A program made the position numbers and the translations under genes. DNA of 64,000 nt from positions 1-64,000 of IMG/VR virus record IMGVR_UViG_3300045997_000112; one strand, 5' to 3'. The notes below the pieces were generated by a model. The model was given only the letters and a program-made list of their open reading frames with translations, did not search any database and was not told the origin of the DNA. Below are positions 1 to 9,271 of this stretch, one piece after another. The stretch comes from a virus. Within the stretch, counting starts at the first letter, position 1, and each line of letters begins with the position of its first letter.

Positions 1-114
1 TTGGGCGTCACCAAGACCGTCAAGGTTGAGGCGACCGTCGACCCCATGGCACAGCTCAAGGCCGCCGCCGCCATCAAGAAGGCCAAGGCCAAGGCCGCGA
101 AGAAGTCCGCATGA
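1..114 (+). CDS. 3' end of hypothetical protein with Lys/Ala-rich tail (partial)
   Basis: Open frame from window edge with GC3 codon bias; stop overlaps next ATG (ATGA). Confidence 0.55.
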   Translation: MGVTKTVKVEATVDPMAQLKAAAAIKKAKAKAAKKSA

Positions 115-263
115 ACGACGACATCAAACTCTTCCTCATCAATCAGGCGCTCAAGGCAATCTGGGCGATCGATGACGTGATGGAGGCAGCAACCAGTCGG
201 GTGTCCAAGCGGCTCTACCGCGCTGAGCGCAAGATCCTCGCATCCCAGCGGGAGGTCTCATGA
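111..263 (+). CDS. small hypothetical protein (50 aa)
   Basis: ATGA overlaps at both ends, GC3 bias. Confidence 0.6.
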   Translation: MNDDIKLFLINQALKAIWAIDDVMEAATSRVSKRLYRAERKILASQREVS

Positions 264-475
264 GCTGGCAGGTGCGGGACATCGCGTGGACTGTCCAGAT
301 CGAGTGGAACGACTCGGAGGGCTCACCTGGTGTGGGCCTGTACGGCCCGTTCAAGACCCGTGAGGACGCAGAGGACTTCGCCCAGACCTGGGGCGAGGAC
401 GACACCGAGATCGGCGACACGTTCGTCGAGTTCATCAACACCGTGGAGAAGGAGGAAGACGATGGCGAAGGGTGA
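260..475 (+). CDS. acidic hypothetical protein
   Basis: GGAGG RBS, ATGA coupling, codon bias. Confidence 0.7.
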   Translation: MSWQVRDIAWTVQIEWNDSEGSPGVGLYGPFKTREDAEDFAQTWGEDDTEIGDTFVEFINTVEKEEDDGEG

Positions 476-1541
476 CATCGCCTACACCGGCGATGGCTCC
501 AACCATCAGTGGAGCATGCAGGGTTCGGGCAAGAGCCCGTACCTGGTGAAGTACATCAACACCGTGTGGTCCTGCTCGTGCCCTGCGTGGCGCAACCAGA
601 GCAAGCCCATCGACCAGCGCAGCTGCAAGCACTGTGTGGCCGTGGCCGGGTTCGCTGGCATGGTGGCCACGCTCCCGTCCGGGACATCGCAGCTGGCGGC
701 TGCGGCCCAACCCAAAGACGTGCCGCCCGTGCAGCTGGCTGAGAAGTGGGAGGGACAGGATCCCACCGGCTACTACGCCAGCGAGAAGCTCGACGGGGTG
801 CGTGCGTGGTGGGATGGCAAGAACTTCATCAGCCGCCAGGGCAACATCTTCAACGCCCCTGACTGGTTCAAGAATGGCTTGCCGCACAACACGCTGGATG
901 GGGAGCTCTGGACCGGCCGTGGCAAGTTCCAGGAGACCGTCAGCATCGTGCGTCAGGCTGACGCCGGGGACCTGTGGGCGAGCGTGTTCTACATGGTCTT
1001 CGACATGCCCAAGACCGGCACCAACCTGAACATGGACTTCGAGGCACGGTGGACCACGCTGGTGGGCTACGCCAGGACCAACTTCCCACAGGCTGGGGAC
1101 ACTCAGCCCATCCGGTTGGCCGACAAGGCGTACGTCCTCCCGCAGAACCGCTGTGGCGACGAGGACGACCTCATGAAGCGGATGGACGAGGTCATGGCCA
1201 AGGGCGGTGAGGGCCTGATGCTCAAGAAGGCAGGCTCGCTGTACACCGCAGGCCGCACCACTGACCTGCTCAAGGTGAAGCGCTTCCACGATGCTGAGGC
1301 CGTGGTGACGGGGCACCAGCCGGGCAAGGGCAGGCACGACGGAGTCATGGGCGCTCTCGAGCTCCTCGACTACCCCGAGTGCAAGGTGGCGTTCAAGGTG
1401 GGGAGCGGGTTCACGGATGAGCAGCGTCGCAACGCGCTGCACTACTTCCCCGTGGGCACGATCATCACCTACCGGTACCAGGAGCTCACCAACGATGGGG
1501 TGCCCCGCTTCCCCACGTTCGTGCGGAACTACCAGCCATGA
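462..1541 (+). CDS. lig: ATP-dependent DNA ligase with N-terminal SWIM zinc finger
   Basis: Motif I SEKLDGVRA, LDGELW, EGLML, LLKVK, C-terminal OB fold (FKVGSG, PRFP); N-terminal CSC...CKH; AGGAGG RBS before ATG 462. Confidence 0.93.
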   Translation: MAKGDIAYTGDGSNHQWSMQGSGKSPYLVKYINTVWSCSCPAWRNQSKPIDQRSCKHCVAVAGFAGMVATLPSGTSQLAAAAQPKDVPPVQLAEKWEGQDPTGYYASEKLDGVRAWWDGKNFISRQGNIFNAPDWFKNGLPHNTLDGELWTGRGKFQETVSIVRQADAGDLWASVFYMVFDMPKTGTNLNMDFEARWTTLVGYARTNFPQAGDTQPIRLADKAYVLPQNRCGDEDDLMKRMDEVMAKGGEGLMLKKAGSLYTAGRTTDLLKVKRFHDAEAVVTGHQPGKGRHDGVMGALELLDYPECKVAFKVGSGFTDEQRRNALHYFPVGTIITYRYQELTNDGVPRFPTFVRNYQP

Positions 1542-2017
1542 CGTACCGCATCGAGAGCATCGAGGTCACCGACTTCAGCCTGGCCGATCGTGATGCCCTT
1601 GGTGTGATCCTGCTCGTGGACAGTGGGAGCTACACGTCGGAGCTGAGGTTCGGCTACACCTGCCTCCACGAGGAGACCGGTGTGGAGCTCAAGGGCATGT
1701 CGAACGAGGACATCGTGTTCTCAGACTTCATCGAGAACAACCCCGACCCCGACGGCTACATCCTGGCCACCAAGAACGGCAAGGGTGAGTGGGAGGCTGT
1801 CGAGGACAGTCTCTTCCTGACCGAGGACGACTACCTCACCCTCATCGACCGGCTGGAGATCCTGCTCACCCAACATTGGATGGAGTGCGAGGACGAGGCT
1901 CAGGCCACGTTCGCGCGCCTCATCCATGAGGTCAAGCACCCCGAGGAGAAGATCGACAAGGATCCCTGGTCGATCGATCACGGAGGGATCATCTGGGAGA
2001 TGGAGAGCCCCTTCTAG
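1538..2017 (+). CDS. acidic hypothetical protein
   Basis: ATGA coupling to ligase, codon bias. Confidence 0.75.
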   Translation: MTYRIESIEVTDFSLADRDALGVILLVDSGSYTSELRFGYTCLHEETGVELKGMSNEDIVFSDFIENNPDPDGYILATKNGKGEWEAVEDSLFLTEDDYLTLIDRLEILLTQHWMECEDEAQATFARLIHEVKHPEEKIDKDPWSIDHGGIIWEMESPF

Positions 2018-2135
2018 GGCCAAGGATGTTCTGTGGTCATGAGGCCCCGGACAGTGACAACCGCATGGGCGCAACTCCATCATTGGGAGCCCACATCGCC
2101 ACGTCGATTAGCCCACTGCACCACGAACATCCACA

Positions 2136-2201
2136 GCTCGGAGGTAGTACTCACGCCCACCGCCAACCCAAAAGTCGGTGGGCGTGCAGGTGCATCCGAG
2201 C
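2136..2201 (+). promoter_or_regulatory. extended stem-loop presenting CAACCCAAAAG in its loop
   Basis: CACGCCCACCG (2152-2162) pairs with CGGTGGGCGTG (2176-2186); outer stem GCTCGGA/TCCGAGC. Confidence 0.6.
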
Positions 2202-2258
2202 ACCACGGCAATGTCAGACGGCACTGCCAACATTGAAGTATCACTGAAGGAGAACAGA

Positions 2259-3632
2259 ATGAAGATCACCATCCCCGTCGCCGTCAGCATCCCCAACGGC
2301 GAGGGTCACATGCTCCAGATCGCGCTCACGCCCGAGGGCGTGCTCGGGCGGCTGGACACCGGCGTCAAGGGCCGTGCCAACCGCATCGCGCTGTACGCCG
2401 ACGACCGTGGCCACAAGACCACCGACCTGCCCGAGAACGAGATCCTGCTCATGCGGATCGGCGACGTCGAGATGGACGCGGACATGCTCCGTGCGCTCGT
2501 CGAGCGTGGCTACGCCACCGGTGACGAGGCCAGCATCGTGAACGCGCTCAAGAAGGCGTGGGAGCACGCGCCCATCCGGGTGCAGGACGGCATCAAGACC
2601 CAGGAGTGGATCGGCTCCACCACCACGCCGTCGTGGCCCGTCGAGGCCGCGCCCGTGGTCACCGCACCCGTCGTGCAGGTCACCGAGGCCAGCCCGGTCG
2701 AGGTCATCGCCCCCGTGGGCGAGCTGCCGAACATCGTCATGGACGCTGACACGGCCTCCTCGGCGCTCAAGGTGCACGACAACATGGCGGCCTACAAGGT
2801 GCCCGTCGCCGTCGAGGAGTGGGTGCCGGTCAAGTTCACGGACACCGACATCGACAGCATCGAGTACCTCGAGCGCGCCAAGAACGGCGGCTGGAACATC
2901 GCCATCACCGGCTCGACCGGCTGTGGCAAGTCCGCCCTGTGCTACAACACGGCGGTCAAGTGGGGCACCGCGTACGCGGCCATCCCGTTCTCGGAGGCCA
3001 CGGACACCACCGCGCTCTGGGACGACTCCCTGCTCGTGCCGGACGGCATGGGCGGCACCCGTTCGATGCGCGTGCTCACCGCTGCGGGCATGGTCGCCAA
3101 GTACGGCGGCGTCATGGAGTGGCAGGAGATCAACGGTGCGGCTGACGCCATGCTGACCGCCATCTACGGCGTGCTCGACTTCGGTCGGCAGATCACCCTG
3201 TCCAACGGGTCCACCATCCCGCTGCACAAGGACTGCATCATCATCGCCACCCAGAACCCGGTGGACGCCGCGCACAGCCACGCGTCGCACATGTCCACCG
3301 CGCTCGACCGCCGCTTCTGGCACGTCGAGATGGGCTACATGACCGAGATCGAGGAGAAGCTGGTCCCGGTCAAGGCGCTGCGTGAGATCGCGCAGGAGAT
3401 CCGCCGCTCCGACATCCAGCAGCCCTTCGGCACCGACTCCCTGGTCAAGGTCCACAAGGCCATCCAGGACTTCGGTCTCAAGCAGGGCGTCACCGGCATG
3501 ATCACCATGTTCCGCGACTCGGCTGCCCGAGAGATCGTGCGTCCCATCATTGACGTGCGGCTCACCGAGCTGGGCACCGCCTACAACCAGGAGGTCGAGT
3601 CCGACGTCGAAGAGGCCGACCTTTCTTGGTGA
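2259..3632 (+). CDS. MoxR/CobS-like AAA+ ATPase
   Basis: Walker A GSTGCGKS, variant Walker B VMEWQE, sensor IIATQNP, ALDRRF; GAAGGAG RBS before ATG 2259. Confidence 0.85.
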   Translation: MKITIPVAVSIPNGEGHMLQIALTPEGVLGRLDTGVKGRANRIALYADDRGHKTTDLPENEILLMRIGDVEMDADMLRALVERGYATGDEASIVNALKKAWEHAPIRVQDGIKTQEWIGSTTTPSWPVEAAPVVTAPVVQVTEASPVEVIAPVGELPNIVMDADTASSALKVHDNMAAYKVPVAVEEWVPVKFTDTDIDSIEYLERAKNGGWNIAITGSTGCGKSALCYNTAVKWGTAYAAIPFSEATDTTALWDDSLLVPDGMGGTRSMRVLTAAGMVAKYGGVMEWQEINGAADAMLTAIYGVLDFGRQITLSNGSTIPLHKDCIIIATQNPVDAAHSHASHMSTALDRRFWHVEMGYMTEIEEKLVPVKALREIAQEIRRSDIQQPFGTDSLVKVHKAIQDFGLKQGVTGMITMFRDSAAREIVRPIIDVRLTELGTAYNQEVESDVEEADLSW

Positions 3633-3636
3633 AAGG

Positions 3637-4068
3637 TCAGGGAAGGTGCGCCCACAACCGCCGAGTCTTGATCCGGTAGACGGTGTCTCGACTCTGAAGC
3701 CCGTACTCGGCCATGATCTCTTTCTGTGGCCGAGGGTCATCACGGATGGCCCGCACCTGTTCATTGGTAAGCCGAGCGTTGGGATGCCTTCGCTTGGCGT
3801 ACATGTCCTGCTGATTCTTGGCGGGCGTGCCAATGAACAGGTGCCCCGGGTTCACACACGACGGGTTGTCACAGCTGTGACAGACGTACATCCCTTCAGG
3901 AATGGGCCCAACGTGGATCTCGTAGGAGAAGCGATGGGCGTACATCTTGATTCCGGGTGCACCATTGAAGATCCCGTACCCGCTGCCGTTAGAAGCACGG
4001 GTCCAAAGCCAACACTCAGTTGGCTGACCCTTGACAACACCAAGCCAGAACCGCTCAATGGCATTCAT
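3637..4068 (-). CDS. HNH homing endonuclease
   Basis: CWLW...GYG...AHRFSY...VCHSCDNPSCVNPGHL...NQQDM signature; lower GC; opposite orientation to neighbours. Confidence 0.92.
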   Translation of the reverse strand: MNAIERFWLGVVKGQPTECWLWTRASNGSGYGIFNGAPGIKMYAHRFSYEIHVGPIPEGMYVCHSCDNPSCVNPGHLFIGTPAKNQQDMYAKRRHPNARLTNEQVRAIRDDPRPQKEIMAEYGLQSRDTVYRIKTRRLWAHLP

Positions 4069-4086
4069 TGGAGAATGCTATCCCCC

Positions 4087-4123
4087 GGTAGCCCGTCCAA
4101 CCCAAAAGCGCGGGCGGGCTACC
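4087..4123 (+). promoter_or_regulatory. hairpin with AACCCAAAAG loop upstream of vWA gene
   Basis: GGTAGCCCGTCC pairs with GGGCGGGCTACC (one G-U). Confidence 0.6.
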
Positions 4124-4142
4124 ACCAACCCCTGAAGGAGCA

Positions 4143-6200
4143 ATGATGGATTCCCGTCGCAACGCCGATCACGACATCGATCCGGCGATCGCGGCCCAAG
4201 GCAGAAGCCTCGGCCGCTACAACATCAGCTGGGCGCCCAAGAAGCAGAATGACGAGGCCCTGCGCGCCGTCACCAAGCAATGGGCCCAGGCCCTGGCCAA
4301 GGCGTGGAACGGTGGCCGCCCGGTCACCGTCAAGCACGGCAACGTTGGCGTGGGCGCCAGCACCACCACCGAGGATGACCTCGACATGATCTGGCTCGAC
4401 GACGCAGTGCTGCTGCCCCGTTCGGCCAAGGACCTCGCGGCTGCCGTCGGCATCGTGGTCCATGAGATCGGGCACCTGTTCTACACGCCCAAGCTCAGTG
4501 ACCGCTTCATCCAGGAGATCAACGCCCAGGGGCTGTTCCCGACCTTCAACATGGTCGAGGACGGCAAGCAGGAGATGAAGCTGCTGGCCTACCGGCCGGG
4601 CTTCGAGAAGTACCTGCGCTGGGCCATCCTGCGTCACCTGCTCGCCACCGTGCAGCCACAGACCATCCAGGCCCTGTACCCGGTCATCGCGGGGCGCACG
4701 TACCTCCCGGAGAACCTGAGGGCCAAGGCCCGAATGTTCTGCGCTATGGCATATGGCGACGACGTTGTCGATGAGTTCGACGACCTGCTGCAGGACTTCT
4801 ACGCCATTGACGTGTACGCCAACCCGATGGAGGCGGCCCAGATCATCTCCGACATCAAGAACCTGTTCCCCACTCAGGTGGGCTGCGGTTCGGCTCCCAC
4901 CAATGGGGACACCAAGGAGGACCCCAAGGACTGGAACCCGATCAAGGACCGCAAGAAGAAGTCCAAGAAGAAGGACAAGGACAAGGTCAGCAAGGACAAG
5001 GAGAAGAAGCCCGGGTCCGATGACGATGCCGAGCACGACGACCAGGAGAAGGACGCTGGCGGCGGCGACGAGGACATGGACTGGCTGGACGAGGACTTCG
5101 AGGAGGGTGAGGGCGAGGAGCAGGAGGGCGAGAAGGCCAAGGCCAAGTCCGATGCCGACCTCGACGTCTCCTCCGACTCTGACAGTGACGGTGACGGTGA
5201 CGAGGAGGACGAGAGCTCTGGCGAGTCCGAGGACGCCTCCAACGAGTCGGGTGGCGAGGGCGCTGGTGGTGCCTCCGATGCCCCGCCGCCGGATGCTCAG
5301 GGCGACGGGGGTGCTCCCGAGGAGAACTCCATCGCGCCCGAGGACCTGGGCACGCCCGAGGAGCTGCTGGAGAAGCTCCAGACCATGTCGGACTCGCTGC
5401 AGGACCGCATCGCCCAGGACTACGAGGAGGACTTCGAGCTGATCAAGTCCGAGGCGTTCGGCGATGGCAACATCCGCAAGCCGCTGTGGAACGAGACCGC
5501 CATGCAGCGCAACATGGTGGCGGCTCTCAAGCAGCTGGCCGAGCAGGCCAAGGGCGGGCTCGATCGTCGCCGTCCCAAGGGCAGGCTCAACGTTGGCCGC
5601 TATGCGCGTGGCCGGGACCGCATGGACATCGAGAAGATCGTGTTCGACAAGTTCCGTCCCAATGTTCAGGACGCGCTGGACATGGAGGTCGTCCTGCTCG
5701 TGGACAACTCCGGCTCCATCTACCACGTCCAGAACGAGCTCTCCGGCGTGATGTGGGCGCTGGTCACGGCGCTCGAGTCCGTCGGTGGTCCGGCTGTCAC
5801 CGTGGTGCTGTGGAACAGCAACTTCCAGCTCTGGAAGGTGCCCTCGGAGAAGTGGCGCGCCAAGTACGTGCCCACCATCCAGGCGACCGGTGGCACGTCT
5901 CCGGGTGAGGCCATCAAGTTCGCGGGCAAGCTGTTCAAGAACAGCCGCAAGAAGCAGAAGGTGTGCTTCATCCTCACCGACGGTTGGTGGTCCAACATGC
6001 AGGAGGCCAAGCTGCTGATCGAGGGCATGAAGAAGGCGTCCGACGTGGACACCTACATCCTCGGCTTCGGTGGCTTCGACCCGGCCAACATCAACGACTA
6101 CGGTGCCGTGGACGGCTCCGGGGGTGGCGTGGAGTCCGTGACCGACTTCATCTTCAAGGTGGTCGAGAAGCGCATTCAGCAGAAGATCGCCAACAGCTGA
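4143..6200 (+). CDS. CobT-like vWA domain protein (partner of the AAA+ ATPase)
   Basis: N-terminal HEIGH...FNMVED, long acidic linker, MIDAS elements LLVDNSGS, GGT, LTDG. Confidence 0.87.
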   Translation: MMDSRRNADHDIDPAIAAQGRSLGRYNISWAPKKQNDEALRAVTKQWAQALAKAWNGGRPVTVKHGNVGVGASTTTEDDLDMIWLDDAVLLPRSAKDLAAAVGIVVHEIGHLFYTPKLSDRFIQEINAQGLFPTFNMVEDGKQEMKLLAYRPGFEKYLRWAILRHLLATVQPQTIQALYPVIAGRTYLPENLRAKARMFCAMAYGDDVVDEFDDLLQDFYAIDVYANPMEAAQIISDIKNLFPTQVGCGSAPTNGDTKEDPKDWNPIKDRKKKSKKKDKDKVSKDKEKKPGSDDDAEHDDQEKDAGGGDEDMDWLDEDFEEGEGEEQEGEKAKAKSDADLDVSSDSDSDGDGDEEDESSGESEDASNESGGEGAGGASDAPPPDAQGDGGAPEENSIAPEDLGTPEELLEKLQTMSDSLQDRIAQDYEEDFELIKSEAFGDGNIRKPLWNETAMQRNMVAALKQLAEQAKGGLDRRRPKGRLNVGRYARGRDRMDIEKIVFDKFRPNVQDALDMEVVLLVDNSGSIYHVQNELSGVMWALVTALESVGGPAVTVVLWNSNFQLWKVPSEKWRAKYVPTIQATGGTSPGEAIKFAGKLFKNSRKKQKVCFILTDGWWSNMQEAKLLIEGMKKASDVDTYILGFGGFDPANINDYGAVDGSGGGVESVTDFIFKVVEKRIQQKIANS

Positions 6201-6208
6201 GCGCGCGT

Positions 6209-6238
6209 GGAGCACTGGGGCGCAAGTCCCAGTGTTCC
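6209..6238 (+). terminator. 13-bp hairpin with GCAA tetraloop after vWA gene
   Basis: GGAGCACTGGGGC-GCAA-GTCCCAGTGTTCC; no U tract. Confidence 0.5.
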
Positions 6239-6274
6239 CCGGGCAACTCAGCCCAACCCAAAATTGAAGGAGCA

Positions 6275-7198
6275 ATGATGAGTACGGAGAAGACCCACAA
6301 CGACATCAAGGTCAAGACGGTCTATGTCTCTGGCAGCCAGCTGTACTACGTGCACGGGCGCTACGCCAAGGGCGAGACCCCCAAGCTGTCCGGCGATGCC
6401 ATCCAGATGCCCAAGGGCCTCGACACGATCTGCGGGCCCAACTGCGAGCTGCTCAAGGGCCAGGGGAGCTGCAAGACCCACGGCGGAGCGGGCAAGCTCA
6501 GCGTCTCGTTCAGCGGATCCACCGCCCCCATGGTCAGCTACGTGGTCAGCCAGATCGGTGTGTCCGTCGACAAGACCATGAACCAGCTGTGGACACTGAA
6601 CACCCAGCAGGTCACCTCCCGATCGGTGGGCAACATCCTCTACCTGCCGTCCCTCGACGACATGGAGTGGGACCGCACGGACTGGGAGCACAAGAACAAC
6701 CCCATCAACAACCTGCACGCGCACGTCTGGAACGTGCTGCGCCAGCCCCCGAGCAAGTCCTCCCAGCTGGAGAAGGTGGCCGCACACAACCACGAGCGAG
6801 CCAAGAAGCTGTTCGAGGACCTGGTCAAGAAGATGACCCCGGCCGACGTGAAGAGCGCCCAGTACAAGCAGGGCATCGACGTGTTCTCCAACCGGAACAA
6901 CTTCCTCGCCTCATTGATGGGGGCCGTCAACACCTACCAGGGCTACTCGGCCCTGCAGCCCGCGCAGACCGCGTTCATCCACTCGACCATCCTCAAGATG
7001 GGCCAGCGGCAGTTCCCGGATGACGTGGCCAAGATCCTCGACTGCTACAAGAAGGTCGAGCTGGCCAAGGCGCATGAGGACGTCCCGTTCACCTACGACG
7101 AGGCCACCGTCAAGCGCGTCATGCTGTCCGGTCTGTACAAGAAGCCGGTGGAGAAGCCCAAGGTCGACCTCGCCAACGCGGTCGCTCTCCCTTTCTGA
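6275..7198 (+). CDS. hypothetical protein (~307 aa)
   Basis: GAAGGAG RBS, strong codon bias. Confidence 0.8.
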   Translation: MMSTEKTHNDIKVKTVYVSGSQLYYVHGRYAKGETPKLSGDAIQMPKGLDTICGPNCELLKGQGSCKTHGGAGKLSVSFSGSTAPMVSYVVSQIGVSVDKTMNQLWTLNTQQVTSRSVGNILYLPSLDDMEWDRTDWEHKNNPINNLHAHVWNVLRQPPSKSSQLEKVAAHNHERAKKLFEDLVKKMTPADVKSAQYKQGIDVFSNRNNFLASLMGAVNTYQGYSALQPAQTAFIHSTILKMGQRQFPDDVAKILDCYKKVELAKAHEDVPFTYDEATVKRVMLSGLYKKPVEKPKVDLANAVALPF

Positions 7199-7329
7199 GT
7201 GAGGCAGATGTCGACCTGTTGAAGCATCAGCTCATCAGGAACGTCACCACGGAGCAGGGCGAATTCATCCTCCGGCACTACGGGGAGCGGGCATACGCCA
7301 CCTGGCTGGCCCTAGGAGGAGGGGTGTAG
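7195..7329 (+). CDS. short coding frame without a clear start (possible -1 frameshift extension of upstream gene)
   Basis: GC3-biased open frame directly after C CCT TTC; only CTG/TTG starts available. Confidence 0.4.
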   Translation: MSEADVDLLKHQLIRNVTTEQGEFILRHYGERAYATWLALGGGV

Positions 7330-7331
7330 CG

Positions 7332-7535
7332 ATGGCAACCCAAAAGCGCCATCGCCTCCCCCGCCGACGTCACTGCAGCACTGGCAAGCTCCGCTTGCCC
7401 GACAGGGCATCTGCCCTCAGGAAGATCGAAACCCTCAAGCACGCCAACCCAGATCGGGGCTACCTCCCAACAAGGACGTACCACTGCCCGACGTGCAACG
7501 GTTGGCATCTCACAAGTAAGGAGTACGGATGGTGA
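7332..7535 (+). CDS. small basic zinc-finger protein
   Basis: RTYHCPTCNGWHLTSK motif, GGAGGAGG RBS. Confidence 0.75.
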   Translation: MATQKRHRLPRRRHCSTGKLRLPDRASALRKIETLKHANPDRGYLPTRTYHCPTCNGWHLTSKEYGW

Positions 7536-7837
7536 TCAACATCCAGATCGCCGGGTTCGCCCTCGAGGTGAACCTCCTCGGCAATGAGCTCCAACGAGCC
7601 CTCAATGTTGAGTGGAAGACCCCATGGGCCGATGGTGGCCTGCACACCGGCTTCGACCGGTCCAAGTCCGCCAAGGTCTGTGTGGTCTGCGCCAAGCTCT
7701 CGCGCAACTGCAAGTGCGACAAGGAGACCCGCGTGCTGGTCACCCCAGCACTGCTCGGCCACACCCTCATGTCGATGGACCACGAGATGTACCACCACAT
7801 GACCGAGACCGTCTGTGGAGAGGAGGACGACGAGTGA
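7529..7837 (+). CDS. hypothetical protein with CxxC...CxC
   Basis: AAGGAG RBS, overlap with previous gene. Confidence 0.7.
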   Translation: MVINIQIAGFALEVNLLGNELQRALNVEWKTPWADGGLHTGFDRSKSAKVCVVCAKLSRNCKCDKETRVLVTPALLGHTLMSMDHEMYHHMTETVCGEEDDE

Positions 7838-7953
7838 TCGAGAGCCCGTTGTACGTGCCCTGCCCCACCTGTCATGCAGATGCCAACCAGCGCTGCATCG
7901 ACATGGTGACGGGCGCGCCCATGTTCGAGTACCACAACACCAGGACGGCCTGA
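7834..7953 (+). CDS. zinc-finger microprotein
   Basis: GTGA coupling; VPCPTCHA...RC...H pattern. Confidence 0.65.
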   Translation: MIESPLYVPCPTCHADANQRCIDMVTGAPMFEYHNTRTA

Positions 7954-7987
7954 CCGTCCACATCAATGAAGGAGCACTGAAGTAGCA

Positions 7988-8314
7988 ATGATCACAGTTC
8001 CAATGCACAGGCAAGCGGTCATCCATGTGGAGACCTGGGTCAATGGCGAGGAGCGCCAGTACCGGAAGGTCCATGCGATGTTCCTCGATGACGTGAACCA
8101 GTGGCGGCTGAACGCGTTCGACTACGCCACTCGCACCCAGAAGAAGACGTGGACCGTTCGGGAGAAGTGGCACCTCACGAACAACATCCACAACCAGGGA
8201 GTCCTGGTCCCGCCCGAGGTCATGGCCGCCGGAACGCAGGCGATCCTGGACCAGATCAAGGACGACCTCAAGGTCCTCGAGGCCCAGCGCGCGTCCATCG
8301 AGGGGAGCCTCTGA
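7988..8314 (+). CDS. hypothetical protein
   Basis: codon bias, RBS. Confidence 0.7.
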   Translation: MITVPMHRQAVIHVETWVNGEERQYRKVHAMFLDDVNQWRLNAFDYATRTQKKTWTVREKWHLTNNIHNQGVLVPPEVMAAGTQAILDQIKDDLKVLEAQRASIEGSL

Positions 8315-8490
8315 TGGCCTGGGCCGTGACGCAGACCGTGAAGAAGTACTACCCCGAAGACGATCGGGACCGCGCGGAGACCGACCAGTTCACCTACTGG
8401 ATCTACGCCACCAAGGAGGCCGCAGACGCGGCCATCGAGAAGCTGGGCAAGGGCTTCGCCCTGTCCGAGACCGAGAAGGAGGCGTGGTGA
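8314..8490 (+). CDS. hypothetical protein
   Basis: TGATG coupling. Confidence 0.65.
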   Translation: MAWAVTQTVKKYYPEDDRDRAETDQFTYWIYATKEAADAAIEKLGKGFALSETEKEAW

Positions 8491-8660
8491 CGCACCCCCT
8501 GAGTACCCCAGACATCTGGATCGAGTGCAGCAACTGTGACGAGGAGACCCTCCATGTCGAGGAGGGTGACGAGCGCACCTGCACCAAGTGCGGCCAGGTC
8601 AACGAGTACCTGGACTGGGACTACAACGCCGAGCACTACTACTGGACGGCCAGCAGCTGA
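8487..8660 (+). CDS. zinc-ribbon microprotein
   Basis: GTGA coupling; CSNC...CTKC. Confidence 0.65.
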   Translation: MTHPLSTPDIWIECSNCDEETLHVEEGDERTCTKCGQVNEYLDWDYNAEHYYWTASS

Positions 8661-8998
8661 TGCCTGAGTTCGAGAGCAAGGTTGAGAGGGAGCTCGCGGG
8701 CTCGTTCACGCTGGCAATGTTGGCCGAGGGCATCGAGATCGAGATGGTCAACCGGATCCTGCTAACTGTGCAGGACGCCGTGGACAACAACGACTCCGAC
8801 GAGTGCACCCATGGCACCTGGACCATGACCGAGCGCGGCTACATCCGCTACTGGGCGGCCGAGACCGACGAGAAGGGTGAGCTCTGGGCCTCCCACAAGG
8901 GCTGGACCGAAGACGGTGACGAGGTCTACCACCTGGAGTGTGACCACTGCGGGTTCAAGACCACCGTGGACAGTGACACCGTCATCCACTGGGACTGA
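8660..8998 (+). CDS. hypothetical protein
   Basis: TGATG coupling; C-terminal CDHC. Confidence 0.7.
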   Translation: MPEFESKVERELAGSFTLAMLAEGIEIEMVNRILLTVQDAVDNNDSDECTHGTWTMTERGYIRYWAAETDEKGELWASHKGWTEDGDEVYHLECDHCGFKTTVDSDTVIHWD

Positions 8999-8999
8999 G

Positions 9000-9048
9000 T
9001 TGTCCACACATCAATAGAGTTCTAGACTCTAGACACACTAGAAGGAGA
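9000..9048 (+). promoter_or_regulatory. AT-rich intergenic promoter/RBS region
   Basis: TAGAGT and TAGACT (TAnnnT) hexamers, three CTAG, GAAGGAG RBS. Confidence 0.45.
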
Positions 9049-9052
9049 ACTG

Positions 9053-9271
9053 ATGGACAACCCCGACGAGCGCGAGCCGCTCATCGACATCATCGAGGAT
9101 CTGGTGAAGCAAGCATGCTGGCTTCCCGCAGAGCTCGATCGTCCGGCAATGCTGGACTCCATGGCACTGAGCACCTATGCCAATGCCATCCGGTTCCTCG
9201 CCAATGAGGGCCGGGTCACCATCACCCACGAGTACGGGCGGCGGGTCATCGCCACCGTCCCCGAGCCCTGA
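9053..9271 (+). CDS. hypothetical protein
   Basis: strong RBS. Confidence 0.7.
   Translation: MDNPDEREPLIDIIEDLVKQACWLPAELDRPAMLDSMALSTYANAIRFLANEGRVTITHEYGRRVIATVPEP

Noticed and set aside
4900-5340. Low-complexity Lys/Asp/Glu tract as a repeat element
   Set aside because: Ordinary disordered linker of CobT-like vWA proteins
2241-6275. Long antisense ORFs (e.g. 2241-3833, 4119-6275; also 29314-30948, 49590-51416, 61561-63177)
   Set aside because: Shadow frames expected from high GC3 on the opposite strand; no motifs or RBS
9000-9008. TTGTCCACA, a perfect actinobacterial DnaA box
   Set aside because: Single copy; no cluster seen that would support an origin
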